From positions 1 to 64,000 of the forward strand of contig JBLIRO010000018.1 of the NCBI GenBank assembly GCA_049472335.1: 64,000 bases of DNA, given 5' to 3'. The translations under genes and the position numbers were made by a program. The notes under the pieces were generated by a model. The model did not search any database. It was not told the origin of the DNA and worked only from the letters and a program-made list of their open reading frames with translations. Origin of the DNA: a bacterium (lineage in GTDB: Bacteria; SZUA-182; DTGQ01; JAFGSM01). Shown one piece after another: positions 30,414 through 40,664 of this stretch (position 1 is the stretch's first letter; each line of letters starts with the position of its first letter).

Positions 30414-33005
30414 ATGGTTAAAAAGGTTTCAGCTTGTTTCTTGTTTATTGTTTTTCTGTGCTTTTCTTTAAATGCTTACGCCCAGACCAGAACAGAGTGG
30501 GAACAAAATAACGGTGAAGGGTTAGTGGAATTTGCGGTGCCATCCCCATCGCATGGCGATGAAAGTGAATACTCTAATGCGACCATACCCGGTGCAGATG
30601 ATCCTAACTGGTTTGCTCTTACCGATCAGGAAAATATAGCCTATTCTTTAATTTCTTCCAGTCTGTGCGACGATACAAATGATATTGATTTTTTTGCATG
30701 CCTAAGCGGTGGGCAGTTTACCTATTTCAGGACTGATGTGGATGTTCCTGCTAATGCCGAAAAGGTCGAAGTCAGTGTTGAGGTTGCCGTGGACGGTATA
30801 CGAATCACTCTTTTCAACTCTTGGTATCCGGGAGGTAAGGATATTGCCTTTGTAAGTCCATGCAGTGCAACTGTGGAAATCCTTCTGGATGATATTGCAC
30901 TTGGAGAGATTAACAGAATAGTGATCACTCATGTTGACGATTGTTGTTGCAGCAATTCCATCCTTAATGATGTCAAAATCCTTATAGACGGACAAACCGT
31001 TTATACCTGCGCTCCCCCCATGGCCGTTACAAGGGATATCACTGTCATGCTTAATGAATCCGGAACGGCAAATATCATTCCTGAGGAAGTGAACGCCGGA
31101 TCAACACACGAGTGCGGTTTAGACTTGATGACTGTAGAACCCGACTTTTTCACATGTAACCATATAGGGCAAAATACAGTGATTTTAACAGTAACAGATG
31201 TTAAAGGAATGTCTGATTCCAAAGAGGCTGTTGTAACTGTAGTCGATAATATTCTACCTTCAGTAAGTGGTTGTCCCGCCGATATTACGGTGGACAATGC
31301 CCCTGGAGAGTGTAAAGCTGAAGTAACCTGGACCCCGCCGACCTTCACAGACAATTGTCAGGTTAAAAGCGTCACCACCACTCGCGAGCCAGGTGAATTC
31401 CCGGCAGAGTGCTCCGATAGCGCCCAGGGAACTTTGGTGACCTATACTGCCTTAGATACAAGCGATAACAAAACCGAATGCAGCTTTACCGTAACTGTTT
31501 TGGATAAGGAAGACCCTGTTATGATTACCTGTCCGGCAGATATTACGGTTAATAATGCGCCCGGTGAATGTGGTGCCAATGTAACCTGGGATGAGCCTAC
31601 ATATAGTGACAACTGTGGTATCGCAAGCGTTACAAGCACCCCCAATAAGTCCGGCGATTTCTTCCAGGCAGAATGCGCTGACAGTGCCCAGGGAACGCTC
31701 ATTACTTACACGGCGGTTGACAACTGCGGGAATACAAACACTGAGTGCAGTTTTACCGTAACCGTGATCGATAATGAGCCCCCTGCTATCGTGAAGGATT
31801 GCCCTGATGATATTACGGTTTATAATGATCCCGGTTTATGTGGTGCCGTGGTAACATGGAATCCGCCCGTATTTAGCGATAATTGTGAGGTCGCTAGTGT
31901 TGAAAGCACCAGCAAGCCCGGTGATTTCTTCCCTGCAGAGTGTGCTGACAACGCCCAGGGAACAATTGTCACTTACACGGCAAAGGATGGTTGCGGGAAT
32001 ACAACCATATGCAGCTTTAAAGTAACCGTATTGGATATGGAGGCTCCTGTAATAGGGGTTACAGGTGTTGATGGCAATTACGATGGTCTGAGGCTTGACG
32101 GCATTTATGGATACTGGGACGCGAATGCGATTGTCTTCTGGAATACGGATGACATAGTGGTAAGCTACGATGTCACGGATAACTGCGATCCCGATCCGGT
32201 TATTACCTATACGGTGGAATGGGAAGGCGAGGTCCAGGAGGGAGTTGGAGAGCTCGATCCTAATGCCAAGACTATTACCATTGATCCTTACCTGCTTGTG
32301 GGTGACATAAAGGTCACTGTAACAGCCACGGATTATTGCGGCAATTCAGCGTCTGACAGTACGGAATTCACTATTATCCTCAAGGTCTCCAAGACTATTG
32401 TCAAACCGGAGCGTTTTTGTGTTAATCCAGGCAAGTTCACTGTTTTCGTCTGGTTCCCGGATCCTTTTGACGTTACCACAATCACCGACGCAATGGCTGA
32501 CGCCGCACCTCTGTTAAAGATGAATACATGCGGCTGGTGCCAGGATCGAATAAAATATTGTGAAGAGTACAAGTGCGATGAGTGTGAGGATGGCTGCGTG
32601 AATGATGTAGAAGAATATGAGGATGAGGAAGATGATGAGTGCGATGATGAGTGCAAATGTCAGATTTGCGACTCTTGTGAAAATTGGAATGTCAAAGCAA
32701 TATTGAAGTTCAACCGGTATGGAGTCCCTGAGTCTCTGGTTGATAGATATTTTATCCTGAGGGGTATATTTGAATACAATGGGAAAATGGTCTACTTCCA
32801 GGGATCTGATGAAGTTAAGTTCGAGTGCAACAAAGGAGGAAAGTCCAGCACACGCAAACCACCCAAATTTCAATTACCCCAGCAAAATCCATTGTACTCC
32901 GGATATCATTTAGGCAACGTGTACAATAATTTTAACTGGCTGTATCAAAAGTCACCCAAATGGGGCTACTTCTGGAATTTACCTCTTTTTTATTATGAGA
33001 ATTGA
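30414..33005 (+). CDS. Secreted Cys-rich HYR-repeat surface protein
   Basis: Signal peptide; three CPxDITV...VTW..P..SDNC...CSFTVTV HYR repeats; acidic Cys patch; aromatic tail. Confidence 0.85.
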   Translation: MVKKVSACFLFIVFLCFSLNAYAQTRTEWEQNNGEGLVEFAVPSPSHGDESEYSNATIPGADDPNWFALTDQENIAYSLISSSLCDDTNDIDFFACLSGGQFTYFRTDVDVPANAEKVEVSVEVAVDGIRITLFNSWYPGGKDIAFVSPCSATVEILLDDIALGEINRIVITHVDDCCCSNSILNDVKILIDGQTVYTCAPPMAVTRDITVMLNESGTANIIPEEVNAGSTHECGLDLMTVEPDFFTCNHIGQNTVILTVTDVKGMSDSKEAVVTVVDNILPSVSGCPADITVDNAPGECKAEVTWTPPTFTDNCQVKSVTTTREPGEFPAECSDSAQGTLVTYTALDTSDNKTECSFTVTVLDKEDPVMITCPADITVNNAPGECGANVTWDEPTYSDNCGIASVTSTPNKSGDFFQAECADSAQGTLITYTAVDNCGNTNTECSFTVTVIDNEPPAIVKDCPDDITVYNDPGLCGAVVTWNPPVFSDNCEVASVESTSKPGDFFPAECADNAQGTIVTYTAKDGCGNTTICSFKVTVLDMEAPVIGVTGVDGNYDGLRLDGIYGYWDANAIVFWNTDDIVVSYDVTDNCDPDPVITYTVEWEGEVQEGVGELDPNAKTITIDPYLLVGDIKVTVTATDYCGNSASDSTEFTIILKVSKTIVKPERFCVNPGKFTVFVWFPDPFDVTTITDAMADAAPLLKMNTCGWCQDRIKYCEEYKCDECEDGCVNDVEEYEDEEDDECDDECKCQICDSCENWNVKAILKFNRYGVPESLVDRYFILRGIFEYNGKMVYFQGSDEVKFECNKGGKSSTRKPPKFQLPQQNPLYSGYHLGNVYNNFNWLYQKSPKWGYFWNLPLFYYEN

Positions 33006-33096
33006 TAATGGCCTCGAACATTGTGGAAATGATGGGTACAATTATGAGTGATTAATTCCACAGTGACATAGACAAATAAAAAGTAAGAGACTTTTT

Positions 33097-33132
33097 CCCG
33101 AAGCAGCCCGAATGGGCTGCTTCGGGTTTTTT
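33097..33132 (+). terminator. Intrinsic terminator
   Basis: cccgaagcagccc-gaat-gggctgcttcggg followed by a T tract. Confidence 0.85.
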
Positions 33133-33175
33133 ATTCTTAAATTAAACCCAAAAACTCCTTATTTTTAAAAAATTT

Positions 33176-33490
33176 TTATTTTTCAGGGCCTCCCCAGATA
33201 GGATCGTTCCCGAACTGCTCAGCCCACCATTCTTCGTAATCTCTTACCTTTTTTATATCTTCCGGTTTGAAGGAGTATTTATAATTACTGCAATACTCTA
33301 TTATCAGCTCATAGGCTTTGATGATTTTTTGCGACATCTCGACGCACTTTTGGGGATCTTTTTTGCATTTATCAGGATGCCACTTCGTTATCAATCTTCT
33401 GTAGTTTTCTTTTATTTGCTTTAATGTAGCCTCTTCAGGCAGATCCAATATTTTTACCGCCTTTTCTATTTCCTTATATCTTATTTTCAT
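33176..33490 (-). CDS. DnaJ (J)-domain protein
   Basis: YRRLITKWHPDK. Confidence 0.9.
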   Translation of the reverse strand: MKIRYKEIEKAVKILDLPEEATLKQIKENYRRLITKWHPDKCKKDPQKCVEMSQKIIKAYELIIEYCSNYKYSFKPEDIKKVRDYEEWWAEQFGNDPIWGGPEK

Positions 33491-33508
33491 TTTAATCCCT
33501 TAGCTGTC

Positions 33509-34138
33509 TCATTTTATTGCTTTAACTACCACAAAAGACCCTTCGCCGTATCCTTCTTTTATTCTTTCAACCTTTTTTATTTCCTTTAAATCACTGAAAA
33601 TTGTCTGGCTAAGATTAAATCCTTTAAATCCTGCTTGTTTTAAATGAAAAAAAATCTCTTCTACAGAATAAAAAGTAGCGACATTATAAAAAACACTTTT
33701 TTCCTTTCGTCTTTGATACAATTTGCCCAAAGGACTATCCCTGTCTATAAAGCCGATTAAAAACGCCCCTTTCTCCCTGAGTATCCTGTAAATTTCTTTA
33801 AAAGCTGCCTTAATATCGTCCAAAAAACATACAGCAGTTACCATTAAAGCGAAATCGAAAACCGAGCCCTTCAATGGAAGATTTTCTGCTATTGCCTCAA
33901 TAACCCAAATCCCTCTTTTCCGGGCAATTTCTCCCATTTTACGGGAAGGCTCGATTCCAACCTTAATTCCCAGGGGGGCCCCGAATTGTCCGGTTCCCAC
34001 ACCAATCTCTACTCCCCTTTTTGACTCAGGCAATTGTTCTCGTATCGCTTTAAGCTCCGATTCATAGATGAATCTATTTTTAATAAACCAGTCTTCATAC
34101 TGCTTTGTATATTTTTCAAAAGGTTCTATTCTTGCCAT
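33509..34138 (-). CDS. Class I SAM-dependent methyltransferase
   Basis: VEIGVGTG motif I; AENLP. Confidence 0.9.
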   Translation of the reverse strand: MARIEPFEKYTKQYEDWFIKNRFIYESELKAIREQLPESKRGVEIGVGTGQFGAPLGIKVGIEPSRKMGEIARKRGIWVIEAIAENLPLKGSVFDFALMVTAVCFLDDIKAAFKEIYRILREKGAFLIGFIDRDSPLGKLYQRRKEKSVFYNVATFYSVEEIFFHLKQAGFKGFNLSQTIFSDLKEIKKVERIKEGYGEGSFVVVKAIK

Positions 34139-34155
34139 AAGATTATTTCATTATT

Positions 34156-35163
34156 TCAATTAAGGTCTTTTATGCGTTTTTCAATCTCTTGATAATGAAA
34201 TAATTTTTTGTAATCTGCAAGTCCGGCCAAGGCCTTGAACCGGACCTTAATTCCCCTCTCTTCCAAAATAGCCACAGGATTGAGACCGCCAATCACAATC
34301 ATACCAATCATACCTTTATTAACAGGAATTTCAAGTAATGTCTGCCCTGGCCAGCCAACAGTAAGCAATCCCCCTAAACCAATCCTTTCAAGTTGATGGG
34401 CAATTTCAAGGACATTTTGCCGGCTCTCTGAAGGCACTTCTCTGAAACTGGCCCCAATGCGAGCGTTTCCATTCTCGGCTATGCCTGTAAAATCCGTCAT
34501 TCCACTTCTGATGAACACCTCTAACGGATCGAGGCTTGTTCCGTCATAGTTGATGATCTCAACAAAACGTGCAGGTCTTTTGTCTTTAATCTCCAACAAC
34601 CCGCCAAATCTTGAGTGGCATGGAATTCCGTATTGCAGTAAAACCCCGTTTAATGTTATCGAACATACCGTACCTATACCAATATTACCTTCAGGTATTG
34701 TCATCTCACCTACCTTTTCATTAGAATTGAAAAGGCAAATCAGATGACCCATGCCATAATTTTTTGTGAAGACATCACAAATCAGAGGAATGGCAGATTT
34801 TAACTGCCTTCGATCCAGAATACTTAAATTGAATACCACAGTCCCTTCCTTACGAGTAAGGTCAAAACTCATCTGATATGTCATCTGGTCAATCCTGCCG
34901 GATAAAAATCCAACCTTTTCAAAGGCCCTGGCAGTGTTTAACTCTTTTAATCCATTCTCTGTGATCTGACGTCCTTTCTTACCAAGATTCTCCGTCAGAC
35001 CCTCTTTGTCCATTGTAAGAAGATAAAAGCGTGCTGTTCGCTCGCTTATATTATACCCCATTGTCAGAAGCTGTTTTGTTATCCTTGAGCTGTCCAAAGG
35101 TTTTTTGGCCTTTTTTAAAATTTTTAATATGGCCAGCCTCTTTTTCTCCATTTTTTCTATCAT
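34156..35163 (-). CDS. nrpR: NrpR-family nitrogen regulator (wHTH plus a single NRD/DUF128 domain)
   Basis: ERTARFYL wHTH; TVCSITLNG, YDGTSLDP, GGLNP. Confidence 0.88.
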   Translation of the reverse strand: MIEKMEKKRLAILKILKKAKKPLDSSRITKQLLTMGYNISERTARFYLLTMDKEGLTENLGKKGRQITENGLKELNTARAFEKVGFLSGRIDQMTYQMSFDLTRKEGTVVFNLSILDRRQLKSAIPLICDVFTKNYGMGHLICLFNSNEKVGEMTIPEGNIGIGTVCSITLNGVLLQYGIPCHSRFGGLLEIKDKRPARFVEIINYDGTSLDPLEVFIRSGMTDFTGIAENGNARIGASFREVPSESRQNVLEIAHQLERIGLGGLLTVGWPGQTLLEIPVNKGMIGMIVIGGLNPVAILEERGIKVRFKALAGLADYKKLFHYQEIEKRIKDLN

Positions 35164-35179
35164 ATTAATCTTAATCCTA

Positions 35180-35224
35180 AAAACCGGGAGGGAATGGCCA
35201 CAACAGGCCTTCCCTCCCGGTTTT
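35180..35224 (-). terminator. Intrinsic terminator after the glutamate-synthase-like gene
   Basis: aaaaccgggagggaa...ttccctcccggtttt. Confidence 0.75.
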
Positions 35225-35260
35225 GGTTATAATGATAAGTATGGCAGAAATTCAGAGGGA

Positions 35261-36838
35261 CTAACCCAGAATTTCATCCACCTCTTTGGCATCCAGATCA
35301 GTTACTACTGGTATACCGCTTACCTTTGAGGCCTCAGGGCTGAGGGCAGCTATATCATCACACGTGATGTATTGAAGAGCGAATTTTCGAGAACCGCACA
35401 TCAATTGCCTCAACCCTTGAGCGAGCCGGTGATAATAGGTATACAAGCCGATGGCCCCTGTGGGTATGCTCTCATAATCCTTTCCGTATTCCATTTTCAG
35501 ATCCTCGGCCGTGACAAAGATCGATTCTTTACTATGACCAAAGCGCTGCATGAATATTGGCAGGTGATTGTTTTCCAGGGCGTTGCCGATGGTCTTTCCC
35601 ACCATTGCTGCAGCCAGGGGAGCCCTGGACATGCTGATTGCCTTGCAGTGAGGGGCGCATATAGCAAATCCTTTGAATATCTGATCTTCCATTGTAAAAC
35701 CGCCGGCCAGGGTTACGTCAGGGACATATTCCCCTTTTTGTACCAGGCGGTTGCAGTACTGCCTTAGCAGCGACCATAGCTCTATTGTGGGGACACCCCA
35801 TTCATTCATCATCCGCCATGGACTCATGCCTGTTCCGCCGCCTGCACCGTCCACCGTCAGATAATCGATTTTGGCGATGGATGAAAATTTTACGGCACGT
35901 GCAAGATCTGCCGGTCTGTAGGCACCTGTCTTTAGTGTTACATATTTGGCTCCTGCCTTACGCAACTCCTCCACCCTTTTCACAAAACTCTCTTCAGTAA
36001 CCATACCTACCCGAGAATGACGTTCAAACTCGGTAAATACACCCTTCCTGAACTCCTCTATCTTAGCGGGGTCCAACGGATTGGGTAATACAACATAACC
36101 ACGTTTCTTGAGGAGCTGAGCCTTTTCAAGATCCCTTATTTTAACCTCTCCTCCGATATCCTTGGCTCCCTGGCCCCATTTCAATTCCAACACCTCAACA
36201 CCCAGTTTCTCGATCGCGTATTCCTGGGCCTTGAGTCTGGTATCCTCCACATTAGCCTGGAGCACAATCGCGCCATAACCGTTATTCTGCCAATCCTTGA
36301 AGAGTTTGACACGTCTTTCGAGTTCCGGTGAGGATACGACCCTTCCGTTCTCGATCTTGGAACATACATCCATCCCGCAGACATTTTCTCCTATAGTGAG
36401 GACGGTTCCTGAAAGAGCCGATCCGATGGCCAGACCATCCCAGTTTATAGCCGCCACATTTGTTGAGCCGAGTCCCCCGATAATAAAGGGGAAACGAAGC
36501 TTGATCCCCTTATCCCGGCCAAGTTTCGTCTCAAGATTCACGTTCGGAAATATGGCCTTGTCCGAATCCTCTTCGATACCAATGGCTCCCACGGCTGTTC
36601 CCATGATGTTGAAATGGGAGAGATCAACCGGATAATCCTTTTGGGAGGCCATAGTAGTAATACCGAATGGTTGGGGATAGATGACCTCGTGCCCTCGGTA
36701 TGCACTCTTTCCAACTTCGCACATACCGATACAACCATCAACACAGGTGACACACATCCCGCTTATAGGGCACCAATCGCCTCCTGTCCTGTTCTTGGTG
36801 AGGGTAGCAGCAGTTGCATTGTAACGTGTTAAAGTCAT
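35261..36838 (-). CDS. Stand-alone FMN-binding glutamate synthase family protein with N-terminal Cys cluster
   Basis: ELKWGQGAK, DGAGGGTG; N-terminal CPISGMCVTCVDGCIGMC; no amidotransferase domain. Confidence 0.88.
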   Translation of the reverse strand: MTLTRYNATAATLTKNRTGGDWCPISGMCVTCVDGCIGMCEVGKSAYRGHEVIYPQPFGITTMASQKDYPVDLSHFNIMGTAVGAIGIEEDSDKAIFPNVNLETKLGRDKGIKLRFPFIIGGLGSTNVAAINWDGLAIGSALSGTVLTIGENVCGMDVCSKIENGRVVSSPELERRVKLFKDWQNNGYGAIVLQANVEDTRLKAQEYAIEKLGVEVLELKWGQGAKDIGGEVKIRDLEKAQLLKKRGYVVLPNPLDPAKIEEFRKGVFTEFERHSRVGMVTEESFVKRVEELRKAGAKYVTLKTGAYRPADLARAVKFSSIAKIDYLTVDGAGGGTGMSPWRMMNEWGVPTIELWSLLRQYCNRLVQKGEYVPDVTLAGGFTMEDQIFKGFAICAPHCKAISMSRAPLAAAMVGKTIGNALENNHLPIFMQRFGHSKESIFVTAEDLKMEYGKDYESIPTGAIGLYTYYHRLAQGLRQLMCGSRKFALQYITCDDIAALSPEASKVSGIPVVTDLDAKEVDEILG

Positions 36839-36903
36839 TCCATGACTCCTTTCTATATCTATCTGATAACCTTTTTATGTCATCTCACAGGAATCTTAAC
36901 GAT

Positions 36904-37569
36904 CTAGTAAGCCCTGTGTCCACGCAAACCGACACTCTCTGAGCATCCGACACAGACTGTGCAGGTCTCCACAGGCACACTATTCTGGCATCCGCCACAA
37001 AGGCCGTTGATGAGATCACCTGCTGTACAGGCACGTTCGCACGCGGGGCATATCCATTCACATCCGCCGCAGTTTCGGCACTCCTCCGGAGTTTTATCGA
37101 AGGGGGTTGCCACCTTTCGGTCCGTTCCGCGCCCCACAAACCCTATTCCACCGGACTGCATCTGTTCTTTGCAGTATCGGACACATAGACCGCACAGGAT
37201 ACAGTTCTTGTCCTTGATCTTGAATCTAATCCTGTTTACGCCAAAATTGGAGGCCATGTCCTGTAGTGTCTTGGAATTGGGACATGAGGACAGAAGCAGC
37301 TCCAGGATCACCCCTCTGGTCTTTCTCACTCTCTCCGAATTGGTCCATATTATCTGCCCTTCATTGGCAAGCATGGTACATGAAGTCTCCAGGGATGACC
37401 GGTCTCTCTTCACAACCTCCACCAAACAAACCCGACAGGCCCCGTAGGCTGTCAAACCCGGATAATAACAGAGGGTCGGAATAACGATCCCCATGTTTAA
37501 TGCAGCTTCGAGCACTGTCGTACCTTCAGGCACAGTGACTCTAATACCGTCAATCGTAAGTGTAACCAT
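36904..37569 (-). CDS. Short NuoG/HydA-N-terminal-like Fe-S protein
   Basis: [2Fe-2S] LC..GACRVC..SC; CILCGLCVRYC and CRNCGGCEWICP; extra Cys-rich tail. Confidence 0.9.
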   Translation of the reverse strand: MVTLTIDGIRVTVPEGTTVLEAALNMGIVIPTLCYYPGLTAYGACRVCLVEVVKRDRSSLETSCTMLANEGQIIWTNSERVRKTRGVILELLLSSCPNSKTLQDMASNFGVNRIRFKIKDKNCILCGLCVRYCKEQMQSGGIGFVGRGTDRKVATPFDKTPEECRNCGGCEWICPACERACTAGDLINGLCGGCQNSVPVETCTVCVGCSESVGLRGHRAY

Positions 37570-37581
37570 AATCCTTCCTCT

Positions 37582-39453
37582 CTATGTCACAGTGATAGCG
37601 CCGAATGCGCAGTTTTCACGACAAAGCCCGCATTTGATACACTGATCCTGATCGATCACATGCGGTTCCTTCTTTTTACCTGTTATAGCTCCCTGAGGAC
37701 AGCTTTTAGCACATTTTCCGCACCCGGTGCATATGTCCGGATCAATAATGAATTCAATCAGCTCCTTGCAAACACCTGCCGGGCAACATTTATCCTTGAT
37801 ATGTGTCTCGTATTCTTCACGGAAATATTTTAGGGTGGAGAGCACCGGATTTGGTGCGGTCCTTCCCAAGGCGCAGAGAGATGCATCCTTTACTGCCTCT
37901 CCCAGATCTTCCAGGAGCTGAATGTGTTCTCCATTTCCCTTTCCCTCCGTGATATCAGTTAGTATATCCAGCATCCGGTCAAGGCCTTCACGGCAGGGAA
38001 CACATTTGCCGCAGGATTCCTCGGTGAGGAATTTTACGAAATACCTTGCCACATCAACCATGCAAGTTGATTCATCCATGACAATCATACCGCCTGAGCC
38101 CATCATGGAACCTACTTCAGTGAGTTTGTCGAAATCCACGGGTATGTTAATGAGATGCTCGGGTATACAGCCTCCGGAAGGTCCTCCTGTCTGGATCGCC
38201 TTAAATCTTTTTCCATTGGGGATTCCACCTCCGATATCATATATAATTTCCTTTAGTGTAATCCCCATCGGGACTTCCACCAGACCAGTGTTGTTGATCT
38301 TTCCCACCAGCGAAAATATCTTGGTGCCCTTGCTTCCTTCCGTGCCAATAGTTGTATACCAATCGGCTCCGCGTTTGATTATGAGAGGTACATTGCCCCA
38401 GGTTTCCACATTATTGAGGGTAGTAGGACAACCGTGCAGACCGCTCGTGGTGGTGTGAATGTGCTTTGGGCGGGGCTCACCGATCTTCCCCTCCAAAGAC
38501 GCCATCAAAGAAGTGGATTCACCACATACAAAGGCCCCGCCTCCGCGGGATATTTTCACATCAAAGGAAAAACCTGAGCCAAGGATATTTTCTCCCAAAA
38601 GGCCATAAGCCCTGGCCTGCTCCAGAGCAATTTCCAGGTTCTTTACTGCCAGGGGGTATTCATGGCGCACATACACATAACCTTTATTGCTCCCGATGGC
38701 ATAGGCCCCGATGATCATGCCTTCGATTACACAGTGGGGATTCCCTTCAAGGAGGCTTCTGTCCATGTATGCCCCGGGGTCCCCCTCATCGGCATTGCAA
38801 ATCACATAGCGGGTGCCATTTCGTGAAGGTGCGTTGCGACAGGCTTCCCATTTTCTGCCGGCGGAAAAGCCTCCTCCGCCACGGCCGCGAAGACCTGATT
38901 TTTTAATCTCAGCAATGACCTCTTCAGGTTCCATTTTAAAAAGAGTCTTGGCCAGGGCCTGATATCCTCCGATAGCCAGGTAATCCTCTATGTTTGTGGG
39001 TTCAATCAGACCATTGCCACCAAATATCAAACGCTGCTGCTTTTTATAGAAGGGGATATCCTCCTCACACCTGATCTTCTCTCCGCTCACCGGGTCTGTA
39101 TACAAAAGCCTATCTATGACCTTGTTATTAATTATGGTCTCGTTTACTATTTCCGGGACATCCATGGGCATGACACGGACATACAGCACCTTTTCCGGGT
39201 TGATCACCACCAAAGTGCCGCATTCACAGAAGCCATGGCATCCAGTCAGTTTCATATCCACCTTATCCTTGATCCCCCGAAGGTTTAGCTCTTCTTTGAA
39301 TGCATGATATACATCCTCACATCCGTACGCCCGGCATCCAGTCCCGCCACATATAACGACACCGGGTTTTTCCGTTTTACGCTCCCTTATAAGGTGTTCT
39401 TGAAATTTTTGCAGCTCAATTGGCGACTTTAATCTTCTTATATTCCTCTTCAT
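37582..39453 (-). CDS. nuoF: NuoF/HydB-type NAD(H)/FMN-binding subunit with extra Fe-S domains
   Basis: GLRGRGGG, NADEGDPGAYMDR, GGPSGG, ESCGKCVPCREG, N-terminal [2Fe-2S] and C-terminal 2x[4Fe-4S]. Confidence 0.93.
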   Translation of the reverse strand: MKRNIRRLKSPIELQKFQEHLIRERKTEKPGVVICGGTGCRAYGCEDVYHAFKEELNLRGIKDKVDMKLTGCHGFCECGTLVVINPEKVLYVRVMPMDVPEIVNETIINNKVIDRLLYTDPVSGEKIRCEEDIPFYKKQQRLIFGGNGLIEPTNIEDYLAIGGYQALAKTLFKMEPEEVIAEIKKSGLRGRGGGGFSAGRKWEACRNAPSRNGTRYVICNADEGDPGAYMDRSLLEGNPHCVIEGMIIGAYAIGSNKGYVYVRHEYPLAVKNLEIALEQARAYGLLGENILGSGFSFDVKISRGGGAFVCGESTSLMASLEGKIGEPRPKHIHTTTSGLHGCPTTLNNVETWGNVPLIIKRGADWYTTIGTEGSKGTKIFSLVGKINNTGLVEVPMGITLKEIIYDIGGGIPNGKRFKAIQTGGPSGGCIPEHLINIPVDFDKLTEVGSMMGSGGMIVMDESTCMVDVARYFVKFLTEESCGKCVPCREGLDRMLDILTDITEGKGNGEHIQLLEDLGEAVKDASLCALGRTAPNPVLSTLKYFREEYETHIKDKCCPAGVCKELIEFIIDPDICTGCGKCAKSCPQGAITGKKKEPHVIDQDQCIKCGLCRENCAFGAITVT

Positions 39454-39943
39454 ATTCCTCTGCCTCAGTGCTTTCTTTAAGATTGGCCAGCATCTTCTTC
39501 ACCTTGCCGGCTGTCATCTGCCCATAATATTTTCCGTCAACAACCACAACCGGGCCTAATGCACACGCGCCCAGACAATTGACGGTTTCTAAAGTGAATT
39601 GCATATCATCCGTTGTTTCCCCGGATTTAATACCCAGTTCCCTCTCCAGTTCATTAAGCACAGCCGGAGCCCCCCGGACATGGCAGGCTGTTCCCAGGCA
39701 CATGTGGATAGTGTGTTTGCCCCGGGGTTCAAGGCTAAATGCCTTGAAAAAGGATGCTACTGAATAAACCTGAATGAGCGGAAGGTCCAGACCCTTGGCC
39801 ACATACCTTATGGCCTCTTCCGGAAGGTAGTTAAACTCTGATTGGATATCTTGTAATATGGAGATCAGTGAATCCGAGCTGCCATATTTTTGGATGATTT
39901 TATTAATAAATCTCTTATTATAGAATCTCTTATTATGATCCAT
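39416..39943 (-). CDS. nuoE: NuoE/HydC-type [2Fe-2S] subunit
   Basis: CLGTACH...CLGAC; likely start MDHNK at 39943. Confidence 0.92.
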   Translation of the reverse strand: MDHNKRFYNKRFINKIIQKYGSSDSLISILQDIQSEFNYLPEEAIRYVAKGLDLPLIQVYSVASFFKAFSLEPRGKHTIHMCLGTACHVRGAPAVLNELERELGIKSGETTDDMQFTLETVNCLGACALGPVVVVDGKYYGQMTAGKVKKMLANLKESTEAEEYEEEYKKIKVAN

Positions 39944-39956
39944 GGCTCTTATCCTT

Positions 39957-40259
39957 TCACTCACAAAATCTTTTGGCATAATCAAGATAATGTTTGAGTA
40001 TCCACATCTTTTCTAAAAATTCCGGCCATCCGCATTTGGGAATGAATCGACCTTTCTCTGCATCTGGCAACACCATGACCCCTTCCGTCACCCGACCCTG
40101 AAGTTCTTCCCATATATCTCCCCAGGTGTCCTGTGCATCACCCAAGACAGAAGCCAAAACATTTCTAAAATGTCTGAGCCTCTTTTCAGGGGTAAGTACG
40201 GAATGGGCCCGTGTTCCTTGATTTGCAATATTTGAAATGAGTTTAAGTTCTCTTGACAT
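39957..40259 (-). CDS. Hypothetical helical protein, paralogue of 40261-40620
   Basis: Likely start MSRELK right after the upstream stop; LRHFR..SVL.DA..W, PKCGWPEF, HYLDYAKRFCE. Confidence 0.75.
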   Translation of the reverse strand: MSRELKLISNIANQGTRAHSVLTPEKRLRHFRNVLASVLGDAQDTWGDIWEELQGRVTEGVMVLPDAEKGRFIPKCGWPEFLEKMWILKHYLDYAKRFCE

Positions 40260-40260
40260 C

Positions 40261-40620
40261 TTATCCCTCACTTTCCTTGTTGGGGGTCTTTTCAATCGAG
40301 CCTTCACAGAGTCTCTTTGTATAATCAATATAATGTCCGAGAAGCCGGAGCCTCTCCCGAAACTCCTGCCATCCGCATAAAGGAAGGTGTATATTGGTCT
40401 CATCAATACCATCGATAATTTCTTCGCAGGTCCTGGTATCCCGGCAGTCTTCCAATATCTGAAGCCATATCTTGAGCGCATCGTTCAATACACTGACAGC
40501 CACTCCCCGGTAATGTCTCAATTTGGCGTTAGTACGCTCTATTTCCTTTTTAATCTCTATCTGAAGAGGGGAAGGTTCATCTATTTTAAGTGCTTGTTTC
40601 ATTTGGACTTTCTTTGTCAT
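40261..40620 (-). CDS. Hypothetical helical protein, first gene of the sigma-54 operon
   Basis: LRHYR..SVL.DA..W, PLCGWQEF, HYIDYTKRLCE. Confidence 0.75.
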   Translation of the reverse strand: MTKKVQMKQALKIDEPSPLQIEIKKEIERTNAKLRHYRGVAVSVLNDALKIWLQILEDCRDTRTCEEIIDGIDETNIHLPLCGWQEFRERLRLLGHYIDYTKRLCEGSIEKTPNKESEG

Positions 40621-40664
40621 GAAATGATAAGGGAATCATTTAGGATTAATATGTGGAGAGTTGA

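Noticed and set aside
37582..39943. Respiratory complex I or [FeFe] hydrogenase operon
   Set aside because: No membrane nuo genes and no H-cluster domain; NuoG-like protein is only 221 aa
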